In this document: positions 30,732 to 41,045 of the stretch, piece by piece
Numbering within the stretch: the stretch's first letter is position 1
Layout: each line of letters opens with the position of its first letter
Assembly: GCA_900551455.1 (NCBI GenBank)
Contig: URVV01000002.1
Coordinates: 24,290-88,289 of the forward strand
DNA: 64,000 nt
Reading direction: 5' to 3'
From: an uncultured Mycoplasmatota bacterium
GTDB taxonomy: Bacteria; Bacillota_I; Bacilli_A; RF39; UBA660
Made by a program: the position numbers and the translations under genes
Notes under the pieces: generated by a model
The model's input: the letters and a program-made list of their open reading frames with translations, nothing else
Told to the model about the DNA's origin: nothing
Database searches by the model: none

Positions 30732-31824
30732 GTGATTTTTCTAAAATGTTGGCAATTTTAATGCATGCGGTACCATCGCCGTATGGATTTGATGCTGTTG
30801 CCATTTTACTGTATTCTTCTTTATTTGTTAAAAGGTTTTTAAATTCCTTATATATTGTTTCTTCTTGTGTTCCAACTAATTTAAGAGTTCCTGCTTTTAT
30901 TCCCTCTGGGCGTTCGGTTGTATCTCGCATTACTAGTACTGGCTTACCTAATGATGGAGCTTCTTCTTGTATACCTCCGCTATCGGTTAAAATTAGATAT
31001 GCTCTTGCTAAAAAGTTATGAAAGTCTAATACTTCTAATGGTTCAATAATTCTAATTCTACTATCATTTCCAAGTATTTCGTTGGCTGTTTCTCTTACTA
31101 CCGGGTTCATATGTATAGGATATATTACTTTTATATCCGGAAATTCTTCTACTATTCGTTTAATGGCTTTAAACATATGTTTTAATGGTTCTCCGAGATT
31201 TTCTCTTCTGTGGGCGGTTAAGATTATTAGTCTACTGTCACTGGCCCACTCTAATATTGCATTTTTATAGTCTTTTTTTACAGTGGTTTTTAGAGCATCT
31301 ATGGCAGTGTTTCCTGTTACATAGATATTTTTTTCTGATTTGCCTTCATTGATTAAATTTTTCTTACTTAATTCTGTTGGGGCAAAGTTGTATTTGGCAA
31401 TTATACTTACGCCTTGTCTATTAAATTCTTCTGGGTATGGCGAATAGATATCATATGTTCTTAATCCTGCTTCAACATGACCAACAGGAATTTGTAAATA
31501 GTAACAAGCTAAAGCTGTAACAAATGTTGTTGAAGTATCTCCGTGTACAAGTACGACGTCCGGTTTCTCTTTTTCTAATACTTCTCTTATTTTATTTAGA
31601 ATGTTGGTAGTTATGTCAAATAGTGTTTGTTTTTCTTTCATTATTGATAAATCATAGTTTGGTACTACATTAAATGCTTCTAAAACTTGATCTAACATTT
31701 GTCTATGTTGACCAGTTACACAGACAACTGTCTCTATTTTTTTTCTTTTTTTTAGTTCATTTACTAAAGGACACATTTTTATAGCTTCTGGTCTCGTTCC
31801 AAATACAAGCATTACTTTTTTCAT
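30715..31824 (-). CDS. wecB: UDP-N-acetylglucosamine 2-epimerase (non-hydrolysing, WecB/MnaA/Cap5P type)
   Basis: KVMLVFGTRPEAIKMCPLV, VTGQHRQMLDQV, HVEAGLRT and LTDSGGIQEEAPSLGKPVLVMRDTTERPEG. ATG 31824 follows an AGGAAG SD. Confidence 0.85.
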   Translation of the reverse strand: MKKVMLVFGTRPEAIKMCPLVNELKKRKKIETVVCVTGQHRQMLDQVLEAFNVVPNYDLSIMKEKQTLFDITTNILNKIREVLEKEKPDVVLVHGDTSTTFVTALACYYLQIPVGHVEAGLRTYDIYSPYPEEFNRQGVSIIAKYNFAPTELSKKNLINEGKSEKNIYVTGNTAIDALKTTVKKDYKNAILEWASDSRLIILTAHRRENLGEPLKHMFKAIKRIVEEFPDIKVIYPIHMNPVVRETANEILGNDSRIRIIEPLEVLDFHNFLARAYLILTDSGGIQEEAPSLGKPVLVMRDTTERPEGIKAGTLKLVGTQEETIYKEFKNLLTNKEEYSKMATASNPYGDGTACIKIANILEKSLDEKQ

Positions 31825-31844
31825 AAATTTATCACTTCCTTGTG

Positions 31845-32969
31845 CTATTTCTTTTTCCATATTCTGTCATTAATAATATTGTAATAACTTTGAATTATTT
31901 TAACTACTTTTTCTGAAACATTAATATCTCTGTAATCTTTAACAGGGTTTTCTTTACTTTCTTTAAAAGAGTCAACGGCTAAGCTGATACTGTTTAAGAT
32001 ATCTCTTTCATTAATTCCACCTAAAACTATTCCACCGCCATCTAATGCTTCTGGTCTTTCTGTACTTGTTCTTAGAGATACACCAGGAAAATTTAAAATT
32101 GAACTTTCTTCTGGAATTGTACCACTATCTGATAAAACACAATATGCATGTTTCTGAAGAGCAACATAATCAAAAAATCCTAATGGTTCTATATTTTCTA
32201 TTAAACTATTAAATTTGATGTCTTTTTCTTTAATTTTTTTAGCTGTTCTTGGATGAGTAGAAAATATTATCTTTTTTTGATAAATTTCTGCTACTTTGTT
32301 TAAACTATTAACCAGTTTTGCAAAATTATCATCTAAATCAATATTTTCTTCTCTATGAGCACTCACAACAAAATAATCTTTTTCTTTTAAATTATATTTC
32401 TCTAGAATTTTTGAATTATCAATTGATTTCATATTAGCATTTAAAACTTCCGCCATTGGTGATCCTGTTACATAAAGAAAGTCATTTTTTATTCCTTCAT
32501 TAATTAAATATCTTCTAGCATTTTCTGTGTATGCTAAATTGATATCACTTATATGATCAACTACTCTACGATTAATTTCTTCGGGTACATTAAAATCAAA
32601 GCATCTATTACCCGCTTCCATATGAAATATTGGTACTTTGAGTCTTTTTGCAGAATATGCTGCTAAACAACTATTAGTGTCACCAAGAATAAGTAAAGCA
32701 TCTGGCTTTTCTTTATTTATTACTTCATAACTTTTGGCAATAATATTACCAACGGTTTCTCCTAAATTTTTTCCTGGAGAATTTAGATAATAATCTGGTT
32801 CTTTTAATCCAAATTCTTTAAAAAATATTTCATTTAATGTGTAATCATAGTTTTGCCCTGTATGCACTAATATTAAATTAAAGTATTTATCAATTGCTTT
32901 AATCACTTCAGATAATCTTATAATTTCTGGTCTTGTTCCTACGACTACCATTACTTTTAATTTTTCCAT
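31845..32969 (-). CDS. fnlC: UDP-2-acetamido-2,6-dideoxy-L-talose 2-epimerase (FnlC/Cap5G type)
   Basis: This is the second 2-epimerase paralog (VVVGTRPEIIRLSEVI, HTGQNYDY, HMEAGNRCFD, LSDSGTIPEE). It lies directly after fnlA-fnlB. Confidence 0.8.
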   Translation of the reverse strand: MEKLKVMVVVGTRPEIIRLSEVIKAIDKYFNLILVHTGQNYDYTLNEIFFKEFGLKEPDYYLNSPGKNLGETVGNIIAKSYEVINKEKPDALLILGDTNSCLAAYSAKRLKVPIFHMEAGNRCFDFNVPEEINRRVVDHISDINLAYTENARRYLINEGIKNDFLYVTGSPMAEVLNANMKSIDNSKILEKYNLKEKDYFVVSAHREENIDLDDNFAKLVNSLNKVAEIYQKKIIFSTHPRTAKKIKEKDIKFNSLIENIEPLGFFDYVALQKHAYCVLSDSGTIPEESSILNFPGVSLRTSTERPEALDGGGIVLGGINERDILNSISLAVDSFKESKENPVKDYRDINVSEKVVKIIQSYYNIINDRIWKKK

Positions 32970-34079
32970 TTATACCTCCATAAAATATGTATCTGGCTTT
33001 TCTTTATCATATAATTCATTACACCACATAACGGTTATTAATTCTGTATCCCCTTCATTAATAATATTATGTGCGTATCCAACTGGAATATCTACCACTG
33101 TGATATCATCACCAGTTACGTGATATTCAATAATTTTTGAATCATCTATTTTCCTAAATTGAATTAATCCTTTTCCACTTACAACAACAAACTTTTCGTT
33201 TTTGGTATGATGCCAATGATTGCCTTTAGTAATTCCTGGTTTAGCAATGTTTACTGATATTTGCCCACGGTCGATGCTTTTAAACAGTTCTGTAAATGAT
33301 CCTCTATTATCTGTATTCATTTTTAATTTATAACTAAAATCATTTTCTTCTAAATAACTAAGGTATGTACTATATAGTTTTTTAGAAAAAGGATCTTTCA
33401 TATTAGGAATTAGTAGATTATTTCTTGATTCTTTAAAGCTATATAATAATTCCACAATTTTGCCAAGTTTTATTTTATACTCTGGAATCACTTTATAGAA
33501 TTTGCTATTTTTATCTAGTTTTTTTTCCATAGTATTAATAAATGTAGCTATTACATCATCAATATATATTAAATTTAATTCTGTGTTTTCGTCATTGATT
33601 TTTATATCTAGGTTATGACTTATATTATAACAAAATGTAGCTATGACACTGTTATAGTTAGGTTTGCACCATTTACCAAATACGTTAGTTAAACGATATA
33701 CATATACTTTTACGTCTTCTTCTTTTGCATATTTAAAGATTAAATCTTCACCAGCTTTTTTAGATATTCCATAAGCATTATCTAGCTTTGCTTGAATTGA
33801 TGAAGTAATTAATATAGGAGACTTATTGTTATATTTTTTCAATAGGCTTAGTAATTTGTTAGTAAAGCCAAAATTACCGCTCATGTATTCTTCATTATTT
33901 AATGGTCTATTTACACCAGCTAAATGAAAGACAAATTCACAATTTTTAGCATATTCATTTAATTCTTGTTCTGTTGTAGCTATATCACATTCATACAATT
34001 CGTTATATCCTCTATTCTTTAATTCAGATACTAAATTTTTGCCTATAAATCCGTTTGATCCAGTAATTAATATTTTCAT
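32970..34079 (-). CDS. fnlB: FnlB/Cap5F-type reductase (SDR N-domain plus cupin C-domain)
   Basis: N-terminal Rossmann motif ILITGSNGFIGKNL. The C-terminal cupin region reads NIAKPGITKGNHWHHTKNEKF. It sits between fnlA and fnlC. Confidence 0.8.
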   Translation of the reverse strand: MKILITGSNGFIGKNLVSELKNRGYNELYECDIATTEQELNEYAKNCEFVFHLAGVNRPLNNEEYMSGNFGFTNKLLSLLKKYNNKSPILITSSIQAKLDNAYGISKKAGEDLIFKYAKEEDVKVYVYRLTNVFGKWCKPNYNSVIATFCYNISHNLDIKINDENTELNLIYIDDVIATFINTMEKKLDKNSKFYKVIPEYKIKLGKIVELLYSFKESRNNLLIPNMKDPFSKKLYSTYLSYLEENDFSYKLKMNTDNRGSFTELFKSIDRGQISVNIAKPGITKGNHWHHTKNEKFVVVSGKGLIQFRKIDDSKIIEYHVTGDDITVVDIPVGYAHNIINEGDTELITVMWCNELYDKEKPDTYFMEV

Positions 34080-34086
34080 ATGTCAC

Positions 34087-35088
34087 CTACTTAAATAAAT
34101 CCAGTTTCTTTAATAATTCAACCATACCATCAATGTCTAATCTTCTTGTATTATGTGAATTATATTCTTCAATATGTTCTAAATCTGCATTTCCTTCATT
34201 GATATATTTTTGATAGTTTAGATTGCGATTATCAGCTGGTATTCTAAAATATTCTCCCATATCAATGGCATTTATCATCTCTTCTTTTGTTACTAACACT
34301 TCATATAGCTTTTCACCATGTCTAGTACCTATACAGTTGATTGGTGCATCACTATTTTTGATTTTTTTGATGGCTTTAGCTAAAACGTCTATAGTAGCGG
34401 CAGGGGCTTTTTGTACAAATAAATCTCCCTGTTCTCCATGCTCAAAAGCGTATAAAACTAAATCAACTGCATCTTCAAGAGTCATCATAAATCTCGTCAT
34501 TTTTGGATTTGTTATTGTAAGTGGCTGCCCGCTATCTATTTGTTCAAGAAAAAGTGGAATAACTGAGCCACGTGAAGCCATTACATTTCCATATCTTGTA
34601 CGACATATTATTGTTTGCTCTTTTTTTAAGTTTCTTCCTTTGGCAATTGCTACTTTTTCCATCATAGCTTTACTCATACCCATAGCGTTAATCGGATAAG
34701 CGGCTTTATCAGTACTTAAAACGATTACTTTTTTTACGCAATGATTAATGGCTGCTTCAAGAACATTATCGGTTCCTAAAACATTAGTCTTAACTGCTTC
34801 AAGTGGAAAAAATTCACAACTGGGCACTTGCTTTAGAGCAGCAGCATGAAATATATAATCAACTCCATCCATTGCATCATCGATACTACGATAATCTCTA
34901 ACGTCACCAATATAAAATTTTATTTTATCATTTTTATACTTTATACGCATATCCTCTTGTTTTTTTTCATCACGAGAAAATATTCTAATTTCCTCAATGT
35001 CTGTATCTAAAAATCTTTTCAATACAGCATTACCAAAAGAACCTGTTCCTCCAGTAATTAATAATGTTTTCCCTTTGAATATACTCAT
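34087..35088 (-). CDS. fnlA: UDP-GlcNAc 4,6-dehydratase/5-epimerase (FnlA/Cap5E type)
   Basis: KTLLITGGTGSFGNAVLKRFL, IRIFSRDEKKQ, AAALKQVP, and MGMSKAMMEK in place of the usual Y-x3-K motif, as in CapE-like enzymes. Confidence 0.85.
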   Translation of the reverse strand: MSIFKGKTLLITGGTGSFGNAVLKRFLDTDIEEIRIFSRDEKKQEDMRIKYKNDKIKFYIGDVRDYRSIDDAMDGVDYIFHAAALKQVPSCEFFPLEAVKTNVLGTDNVLEAAINHCVKKVIVLSTDKAAYPINAMGMSKAMMEKVAIAKGRNLKKEQTIICRTRYGNVMASRGSVIPLFLEQIDSGQPLTITNPKMTRFMMTLEDAVDLVLYAFEHGEQGDLFVQKAPAATIDVLAKAIKKIKNSDAPINCIGTRHGEKLYEVLVTKEEMINAIDMGEYFRIPADNRNLNYQKYINEGNADLEHIEEYNSHNTRRLDIDGMVELLKKLDLFK

Positions 35089-36335
35089 TTTTTTACCTCC
35101 GAATAATTAAAAGATTTTTTGTTTTTTAAATAATATATGTATCTCATTAAAAATAGTAACATTTCTGAAATACTACAATTTATAGCAAAATATTTTAAAT
35201 CAAACTTTTTAAAATATATAATTATAAACATTCCTATTATTTGCGATATAGATGCAATTATTGTAGTTTTTGTGGTTTCTTTATTTTTATCTATTGCCCC
35301 TAAAACTGGCCATCCATATATCATTGAATAGAAGCTAAATATAAATGCCGGCAACAAGTATTTCAATATACTGCCCGCATATATATATTTTTCCCCGCCT
35401 ATTATTTTAACAACGTCTGCTGAATATATGAATACAATTATTGATCCAATAATCATTGGAATTAGCATTATTGTATTAATTTTATTAATTATTTTTAAAT
35501 TTTTGCTTTTTATCATATAAGGATATAGACTATTAGTTATGGGATTGTACAAAGCTTTAGTAGCAGATAATATTTGCATACATAATCCCCAATAGGCAAT
35601 TTCATTTGTTGAAAAATAAAATCCAATAATAATTGTAGTTAATGCTCCAAAAATAGTTGTAGCAAAATTTGATATGAAATATACTGTTGATTCTTTGATG
35701 TCATGTATCCATTTCTTCATGTTTGTGATAGAAACGAAAATATTTTCTTTTTTTAACAACATCATTGATACTATTGCTGCAAAAAGATTGCCTATTACCT
35801 CAAGAATAGCTATTAACATTAAGTTCTTGTCTGATTTTACACAAACGAATAATAGAACTGTACTAATAGTTTTTGATACAACATAAGGAATAGCTATCAA
35901 ATTCATTTTTTCAATTCCTCTATATAAAAAGTCTAGAATAAATATAGTTATTGCAGATGATAGAAAATATAAAAGAGCGAATCCTTTATAATTGGCCAAA
36001 ATTGGTATAGTAAATGTCAGTATTATAAATATAATTAAAGCGACAAGAGATAAACATATTTTTTCAACAATTGTATCTCCAACTATTTTTCCAACTTCTT
36101 TTTTATCACCTTGAATCATTGTAATTTTTTTTGTTGCCGATAATAGAAAGCCATAATCAATTATTAGTTGTACGTATACTATAATGGACTTTACATAAAC
36201 TACAACACCATATGTGTTTGTTGTCAAAATACGGGTTAAATATGGCAAAGTTAAAATTGGAAATAGTAATTTAACTATGTTCATAATATATAGAGAAATT
36301 GTATTTTTAAATAAAATTTTATTTTGAGTTTTCAT
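35085..36335 (-). CDS. wzx: Wzx-type oligosaccharide flippase (MOP superfamily)
   Basis: 416 aa with about 12 TM segments and the polysaccharide-biosynthesis-protein N-terminal pattern (NTISLYIMNIVKLLFPILTLPYLTRIL). It lies inside the glycan operon. Confidence 0.7.
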   Translation of the reverse strand: MKTQNKILFKNTISLYIMNIVKLLFPILTLPYLTRILTTNTYGVVVYVKSIIVYVQLIIDYGFLLSATKKITMIQGDKKEVGKIVGDTIVEKICLSLVALIIFIILTFTIPILANYKGFALLYFLSSAITIFILDFLYRGIEKMNLIAIPYVVSKTISTVLLFVCVKSDKNLMLIAILEVIGNLFAAIVSMMLLKKENIFVSITNMKKWIHDIKESTVYFISNFATTIFGALTTIIIGFYFSTNEIAYWGLCMQILSATKALYNPITNSLYPYMIKSKNLKIINKINTIMLIPMIIGSIIVFIYSADVVKIIGGEKYIYAGSILKYLLPAFIFSFYSMIYGWPVLGAIDKNKETTKTTIIASISQIIGMFIIIYFKKFDLKYFAINCSISEMLLFLMRYIYYLKNKKSFNYSEVKK

Positions 36336-37401
36336 GATTTAGTTCCTTTAAGAATTTATCTAATTCAACTTTTGTTATATTTGCTTTTTCAAATAATTTT
36401 TTGGGTATTTCAATTTTTTTATTTTGATACTTGTTCAGTAGTTCAACTATATCATCAACACTCGCTTCAAACAATGATGTGCATCTATCAACTTCACCTA
36501 TGGCATCATAAAATCTTTTTGTCTTTTCAGGATGACATGCCGCTACCACAACTGATTTGTGAAACAATGAAGCGACAACACCTACGTGTAATTTGCAAGT
36601 TAAGACAATATCACTTATATTTAATAATTCTGTTAATTCATTCGGATTGTTATATATAAAATGATAATTTACTTTGTTACAAATATTATTAAATTTAGTA
36701 AACAGTTCATCTTCATTTTCTAATATTGAATCAGCGGTAATTACTATGTAATATTCATTATTATTAATCAGAAATTTATTAAGTGATGTGGCAAATTTTT
36801 CTAAGGCAATTTCCGAATGATTGTAATGTATTAATAAAATTTTTTTATTGCCTTTGCTTTTTCTAATTTCTTCTATTTGTTTATACTTTTTATTTTCAAT
36901 GTAGTTATTTAAGATAATATAATCAAAACTTTCAATTATATTAGCTTTATTTTTTGTAAGTTTATTCAGTGCATTATAAGATTCTATATCTCTTACAGTA
37001 ATAAATTTGGCATGTTTGCATATTTTTTTTATGCCCCTGTTCATAAACCAGCAGTTATTTGGACCGGCTCCAATAGCTAGTACTGCTATTGGTATTTTTT
37101 TATAACTTGCCCTAATTCCTATTGGCATAAATCGTAAGAAGTGAACTATGTTTTCTTTTAGTTTTGCGTTATGTCCTTCTCCAAAATATCCCCCTGGTAT
37201 ATATATCATGGCAGTAGCATCTTTAAGATCTATGTTATCTTCAGGATAATCAACTAGATTTTTTTTAAAAAAATCAGATGGCTGATAAAAACAACAATTA
37301 ACTTTTTGCTTTTTTAGATAATCATAGATCATTTTTCCATAAATATAGTCACCATAATTACTAGAATTACAATTGGTTGCCCCGTGTAATATTATATTCA
37401 T
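36319..37401 (-). CDS. Polysaccharide pyruvyl transferase family protein (putative)
   Basis: The blocks NYGDYIYG, IYIPGGYFG, AIGAGP, ITVRDIESY and CKLHVGV resemble the CsaB/EpsO/WcaK family. ATG 37401 follows an AAAGGAG SD and overlaps the wzy stop as ATGA. Confidence 0.55.
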   Translation of the reverse strand: MNIILHGATNCNSSNYGDYIYGKMIYDYLKKQKVNCCFYQPSDFFKKNLVDYPEDNIDLKDATAMIYIPGGYFGEGHNAKLKENIVHFLRFMPIGIRASYKKIPIAVLAIGAGPNNCWFMNRGIKKICKHAKFITVRDIESYNALNKLTKNKANIIESFDYIILNNYIENKKYKQIEEIRKSKGNKKILLIHYNHSEIALEKFATSLNKFLINNNEYYIVITADSILENEDELFTKFNNICNKVNYHFIYNNPNELTELLNISDIVLTCKLHVGVVASLFHKSVVVAACHPEKTKRFYDAIGEVDRCTSLFEASVDDIVELLNKYQNKKIEIPKKLFEKANITKVELDKFLKELNHENSK

Positions 37402-38852
37402 TTTATTGCTCCTTTCATTTGTATGATTTTTTGTATGACATATTTGCTTATAAATAAATAACATAATCCTCTATATATATCAAAAATATCGCTTCTTACT
37501 AATATAATTAAATAAGAAAATATTGCAAAATACATTCCCATTTTTTCTCTTTGATTAATTTTTATATCATTTTTGTTGATATTAATTTTACTAACCAAAG
37601 CACCAAATATAAAGGCAAAAATCCATCCTCCGATGTATCCCCAATTCCAATATAATGTTGCAATTAATGATGATCCTACTGGTATTTTTGTATATCCGTT
37701 TATTACATATGTTGCTGTTGCTTTATTAAAAAAATCTCCAACTAGCCAACCAATAGGTAAAAATGATGGTATAGTACGTAATAATGTTTTCCCATATTCA
37801 AATTCTAGAATTGATGGAACAGTTTTAATTGTTGATGCTACTGTTAATAGTGTCATACTAGATTCTGCACATAATTCACCAAACAAGTTTTTTAATGTGT
37901 TGAAACTTAGAAAATTTAAAGTTAATTGATTAAAAATATTACCTAATGAAAATCTATTATTTCTTATTATTACAAGAGTATTTATTATAAATAATCCTAA
38001 AAATATCGATAATACTGTCTTAAAAATATTAACTTTTTTGTTTTTGCATTCTGATGCCCTATATCCTAAAAATAAAGTAATTATAGAAAACAGTTGAATT
38101 TTTCTGCTTCCAGTTAATAGCATTAATAGAAAGAAATATGCCAATAGTAGAACAAACATTATTTTTTTTCTTTTTTCTTTCATGCATCCACTAAAAAACA
38201 TAAAAAACGCACCCGGCAATGTTAAATAAGAAATATCATCGAATATTCCGGAACTTACCGCTGTTGTGTATGATATATATGATTTTGTAGTTTGCAATAT
38301 ACTTATTATTTTGGCATCGTTTATAATTTTTGATACGAATCCTAATATAAACATACACTTTCCAGTTTTATATAAATTAAAGTCAATGTTTATTTTTGAT
38401 AATTCATTACTTACTAGTGATTTGCTTGGAAAAAATAGCGTATATCCAAATGAAATTAATATCAAACTCATAATTGCATATATATAGGAATGAAAAAGTA
38501 TAGAATCATTATAATATATATATGGGTCATATGCTAATTTGTTATTTAGTGCAAATATTTTGATAAATATTCTTCCAAACATAAATAAGTATGATAACAA
38601 TGTAAACCATAATACAAAATCATATGTTTTAATTTTTTTTAGTACGAAACTTAAGAGTTGGACTATTATCATTGGAATAATCCATATAAAAATCCAATTC
38701 TCATAATTTTCTATTATAAATTCATTATTCCAAGAGGCATATGCCCAAATACCAAACGCTAAAATGTAAATAACATTAATAAAAATTATTATAATGTTTT
38801 TAATATTTATCGTTGTATCATTTTTCATTATTTTTTTCTCCATCAGTAGCAT
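37398..38852 (-). CDS. wzy: Wzy-type repeat-unit polymerase (putative)
   Basis: About 480 aa with at least 10 TM segments and one larger loop. It lies between glycosyltransferases and wzx. The call rests on topology and context only. Confidence 0.5.
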   Translation of the reverse strand: MLLMEKKIMKNDTTINIKNIIIIFINVIYILAFGIWAYASWNNEFIIENYENWIFIWIIPMIIVQLLSFVLKKIKTYDFVLWFTLLSYLFMFGRIFIKIFALNNKLAYDPYIYYNDSILFHSYIYAIMSLILISFGYTLFFPSKSLVSNELSKINIDFNLYKTGKCMFILGFVSKIINDAKIISILQTTKSYISYTTAVSSGIFDDISYLTLPGAFFMFFSGCMKEKRKKIMFVLLLAYFFLLMLLTGSRKIQLFSIITLFLGYRASECKNKKVNIFKTVLSIFLGLFIINTLVIIRNNRFSLGNIFNQLTLNFLSFNTLKNLFGELCAESSMTLLTVASTIKTVPSILEFEYGKTLLRTIPSFLPIGWLVGDFFNKATATYVINGYTKIPVGSSLIATLYWNWGYIGGWIFAFIFGALVSKININKNDIKINQREKMGMYFAIFSYLIILVRSDIFDIYRGLCYLFISKYVIQKIIQMKGAIK

Positions 38853-39954
38853 TTAATAATGATTTATATTTTTTAAATAACATATCCGCTTGGTGGTCAA
38901 TGTCATATTTTCCAAATTTCATTTTGCTATTTTTTTCCAAGCGTTTTTTATAATTCATATTTTTGTATATTTTATAAATTGATGAAGCCCAATAACTTGG
39001 ATCTTTTTCTAATGATATATAATTAATATTACTTGTGACGTCAATTTCTTTTGTTATTGTATCTGAAACGATTGATGGTACGCCGGCTGCTTGTACTTCT
39101 GACAAAACTACAGGTAATCCTTCATATCTTGATGGTAATACAAAAACATCGATTGCTGAAAGTAGTTCAGGTATATCTTTACGTAATCCCAAAAATAAGA
39201 CATTTTTTTCAAGTTTTAATTTTTTCACTTCACTTTTGAGCATTTCTTCATCTTCACCATTGCCTACTAACAATAACAAGATATTTTTATCGATTTTTTT
39301 CAAATAATGTATTACTTGCAATAAAAACATTTGATTTTTTTGATATGTTAATCTTGCAATGTTTCCTATAATGATTTTTTCTTGAGCATTTAATTCTTCT
39401 CTTATTTTTTTTCTACTTTTTTCGTTGTAAGCATATTTTTTTAAATCTATTGCGTTATTTATTATGGTTATTTCTCCTGGTTTTGATTCTTTTCCATACA
39501 ACCAATTTGATGCATCAAGACCACACGCAAATTTTGCGGTTGAGTACTTATTTAATAAAATTGTACTAATTTTTCTCATTATTTTGGTAAAACAATTTTC
39601 TTTTACATACGCCATGTGGCTATGAATAATTCTTACTTTACATCCATAATGCTTGCCTATTATTAATCCGAGAACAGATTTGTATCCGTGGCAATGTATA
39701 ATATCATAATTTCCATTTTTAATAATTTTATTTACTTCAACACAATGTTTTATATAATTGTTGCGTTTACTACTTACGTGATAAATAGTGCTATTTAATT
39801 TTACTAATTTTTCCTCTAAGTAGCCTACTTTGCTTCCAGGCACTATAAAATCAAATTTTATTTCTTTTTGATTCATCTTCGAATAATAGTTATACAAAAA
39901 GCTCTCTACTCCACCGCAATCAAGAGACGTATATAGATGCAAAACTTTAATCAT
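38818..39954 (-). CDS. Glycosyltransferase, GT-B fold (GT4/GT1 family)
   Basis: The N-terminus is KVLHLYTSLDCGGVESF. The C-terminal E-x7-E region is PSRYEGLPVVLSEVQAAGVP. Confidence 0.8.
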   Translation of the reverse strand: MIKVLHLYTSLDCGGVESFLYNYYSKMNQKEIKFDFIVPGSKVGYLEEKLVKLNSTIYHVSSKRNNYIKHCVEVNKIIKNGNYDIIHCHGYKSVLGLIIGKHYGCKVRIIHSHMAYVKENCFTKIMRKISTILLNKYSTAKFACGLDASNWLYGKESKPGEITIINNAIDLKKYAYNEKSRKKIREELNAQEKIIIGNIARLTYQKNQMFLLQVIHYLKKIDKNILLLLVGNGEDEEMLKSEVKKLKLEKNVLFLGLRKDIPELLSAIDVFVLPSRYEGLPVVLSEVQAAGVPSIVSDTITKEIDVTSNINYISLEKDPSYWASSIYKIYKNMNYKKRLEKNSKMKFGKYDIDHQADMLFKKYKSLLNATDGEKNNEK

Positions 39955-41029
39955 TTTTACACTCCTTTTTTAATCTTATTAATTCATTTGTTATTTTTTT
40001 TGTTAATTTATTGTTTGCTTGGTACACTTTATTCATAAATTTTCGACTATTACTTTTAAATGAATTAATATTAATTTCATTATAATACTTATATAAATCA
40101 TCTAATTCTTTTTTTTCTTTCATATGAAGTTCATATCCTAAATTATATTTGCTTACTATTTCTGACATATAAGTCTTCGGACAGACTAAAATTGGTTTAT
40201 ATAGGCAAGCACTATAATACAGTTTATTTGATAGTGCATAATTTAATAATGGGGTATTATTGCCATATAAATTCATAATTATATCCGCTTGTTTATAATA
40301 TTCTAAAGTTTTATTTTTTGGAAATGTATCAATTAATGTTACATTTTTAATATTATTTTTTTTGCAGTATTCTTCTATTTTTTTTGAGTTTGTTCCAACA
40401 AAATTTAATTGAAATCTTGGGTCGTTTTTAAAAAAATTTATAATTTTAATGTTTTGCTCCATAAATCTAATCAGTCCAATATAGCTTATTTGTATTTTTT
40501 TATTTGTATCTCTTCTGCTTGTTTGGTATACATTAATATTTTTTTCATTTGGTACGTTATGACAAATATAATAATTCCCTTGAGGCAAAAACTTTTTGTA
40601 CCCTGGTGATGATATAACATTTAATAAAGAATTGTTAATTAGTTTTTTTTGAATTTTTCTGTATAAACAATATTTTTCATAACTATAATCTCTTATGTCA
40701 AATATATATTTTTTATGGTATTTTTTTATTAACTTTTTATAAATTATAAATGATGTCTGTGGATGAAGGGGAATAATTAGGTCATATGATTTTTTACTTA
40801 TTTGTCTTAAAATCATGTGTTTATATTTGATATATCCGATTAATTTGTTAATATATCCACTTTTATTTATTGAAAATCTGTAATATTTATCGTTTGAAAT
40901 AAATTCATTTTTATTTTTGTCCCAATACATTACATCATAGTCTATTGAATTTTGTTCAAGTAAGTTTGTATAATAAGAAAGATACGGTGTAAGATATACA
41001 TTATCTGACAAAATAATTAATACATTCAT
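39947..41029 (-). CDS. Putative glycosyltransferase / capsule biosynthesis protein
   Basis: About 360 aa in the operon, with a GT-B-like C-terminal half (FVGTNSKKIEEY...NKLYYSACLYKPILV). No sharp motif was found. Confidence 0.4.
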   Translation of the reverse strand: MNVLIILSDNVYLTPYLSYYTNLLEQNSIDYDVMYWDKNKNEFISNDKYYRFSINKSGYINKLIGYIKYKHMILRQISKKSYDLIIPLHPQTSFIIYKKLIKKYHKKYIFDIRDYSYEKYCLYRKIQKKLINNSLLNVISSPGYKKFLPQGNYYICHNVPNEKNINVYQTSRRDTNKKIQISYIGLIRFMEQNIKIINFFKNDPRFQLNFVGTNSKKIEEYCKKNNIKNVTLIDTFPKNKTLEYYKQADIIMNLYGNNTPLLNYALSNKLYYSACLYKPILVCPKTYMSEIVSKYNLGYELHMKEKKELDDLYKYYNEININSFKSNSRKFMNKVYQANNKLTKKITNELIRLKKECKND

Positions 41030-41045
41030 AGTTAGACTCCTTTAA

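Noticed and set aside
34223-34699. 158-aa plus-strand ORF inside fnlA. The same applies to other antisense or alternative-frame track ORFs: 5823..6059, 5938..6162, 7401..7604, 10861..11103, 11728..12075, 14961..15197, 15563..15778, 20787..20972, 21362..21544, 22655..23002, 25460..25742, 27320..27514, 30707..31021, 31082..31270, 35137..35331, 35674..35886, 36324..36659, 37573..37929, 38266..38487, 39035..39307, 40409..40609, 41188..41669, 43136..43399, 44600..45008, 47760..48167, 49090..49278, 54624..55007
   Set aside because: Each lies wholly within, or antisense to, a gene with strong family motifs. Each lacks an SD and has skewed low-complexity composition. In AT-rich genomes, long stop-free antisense frames are expected by chance.
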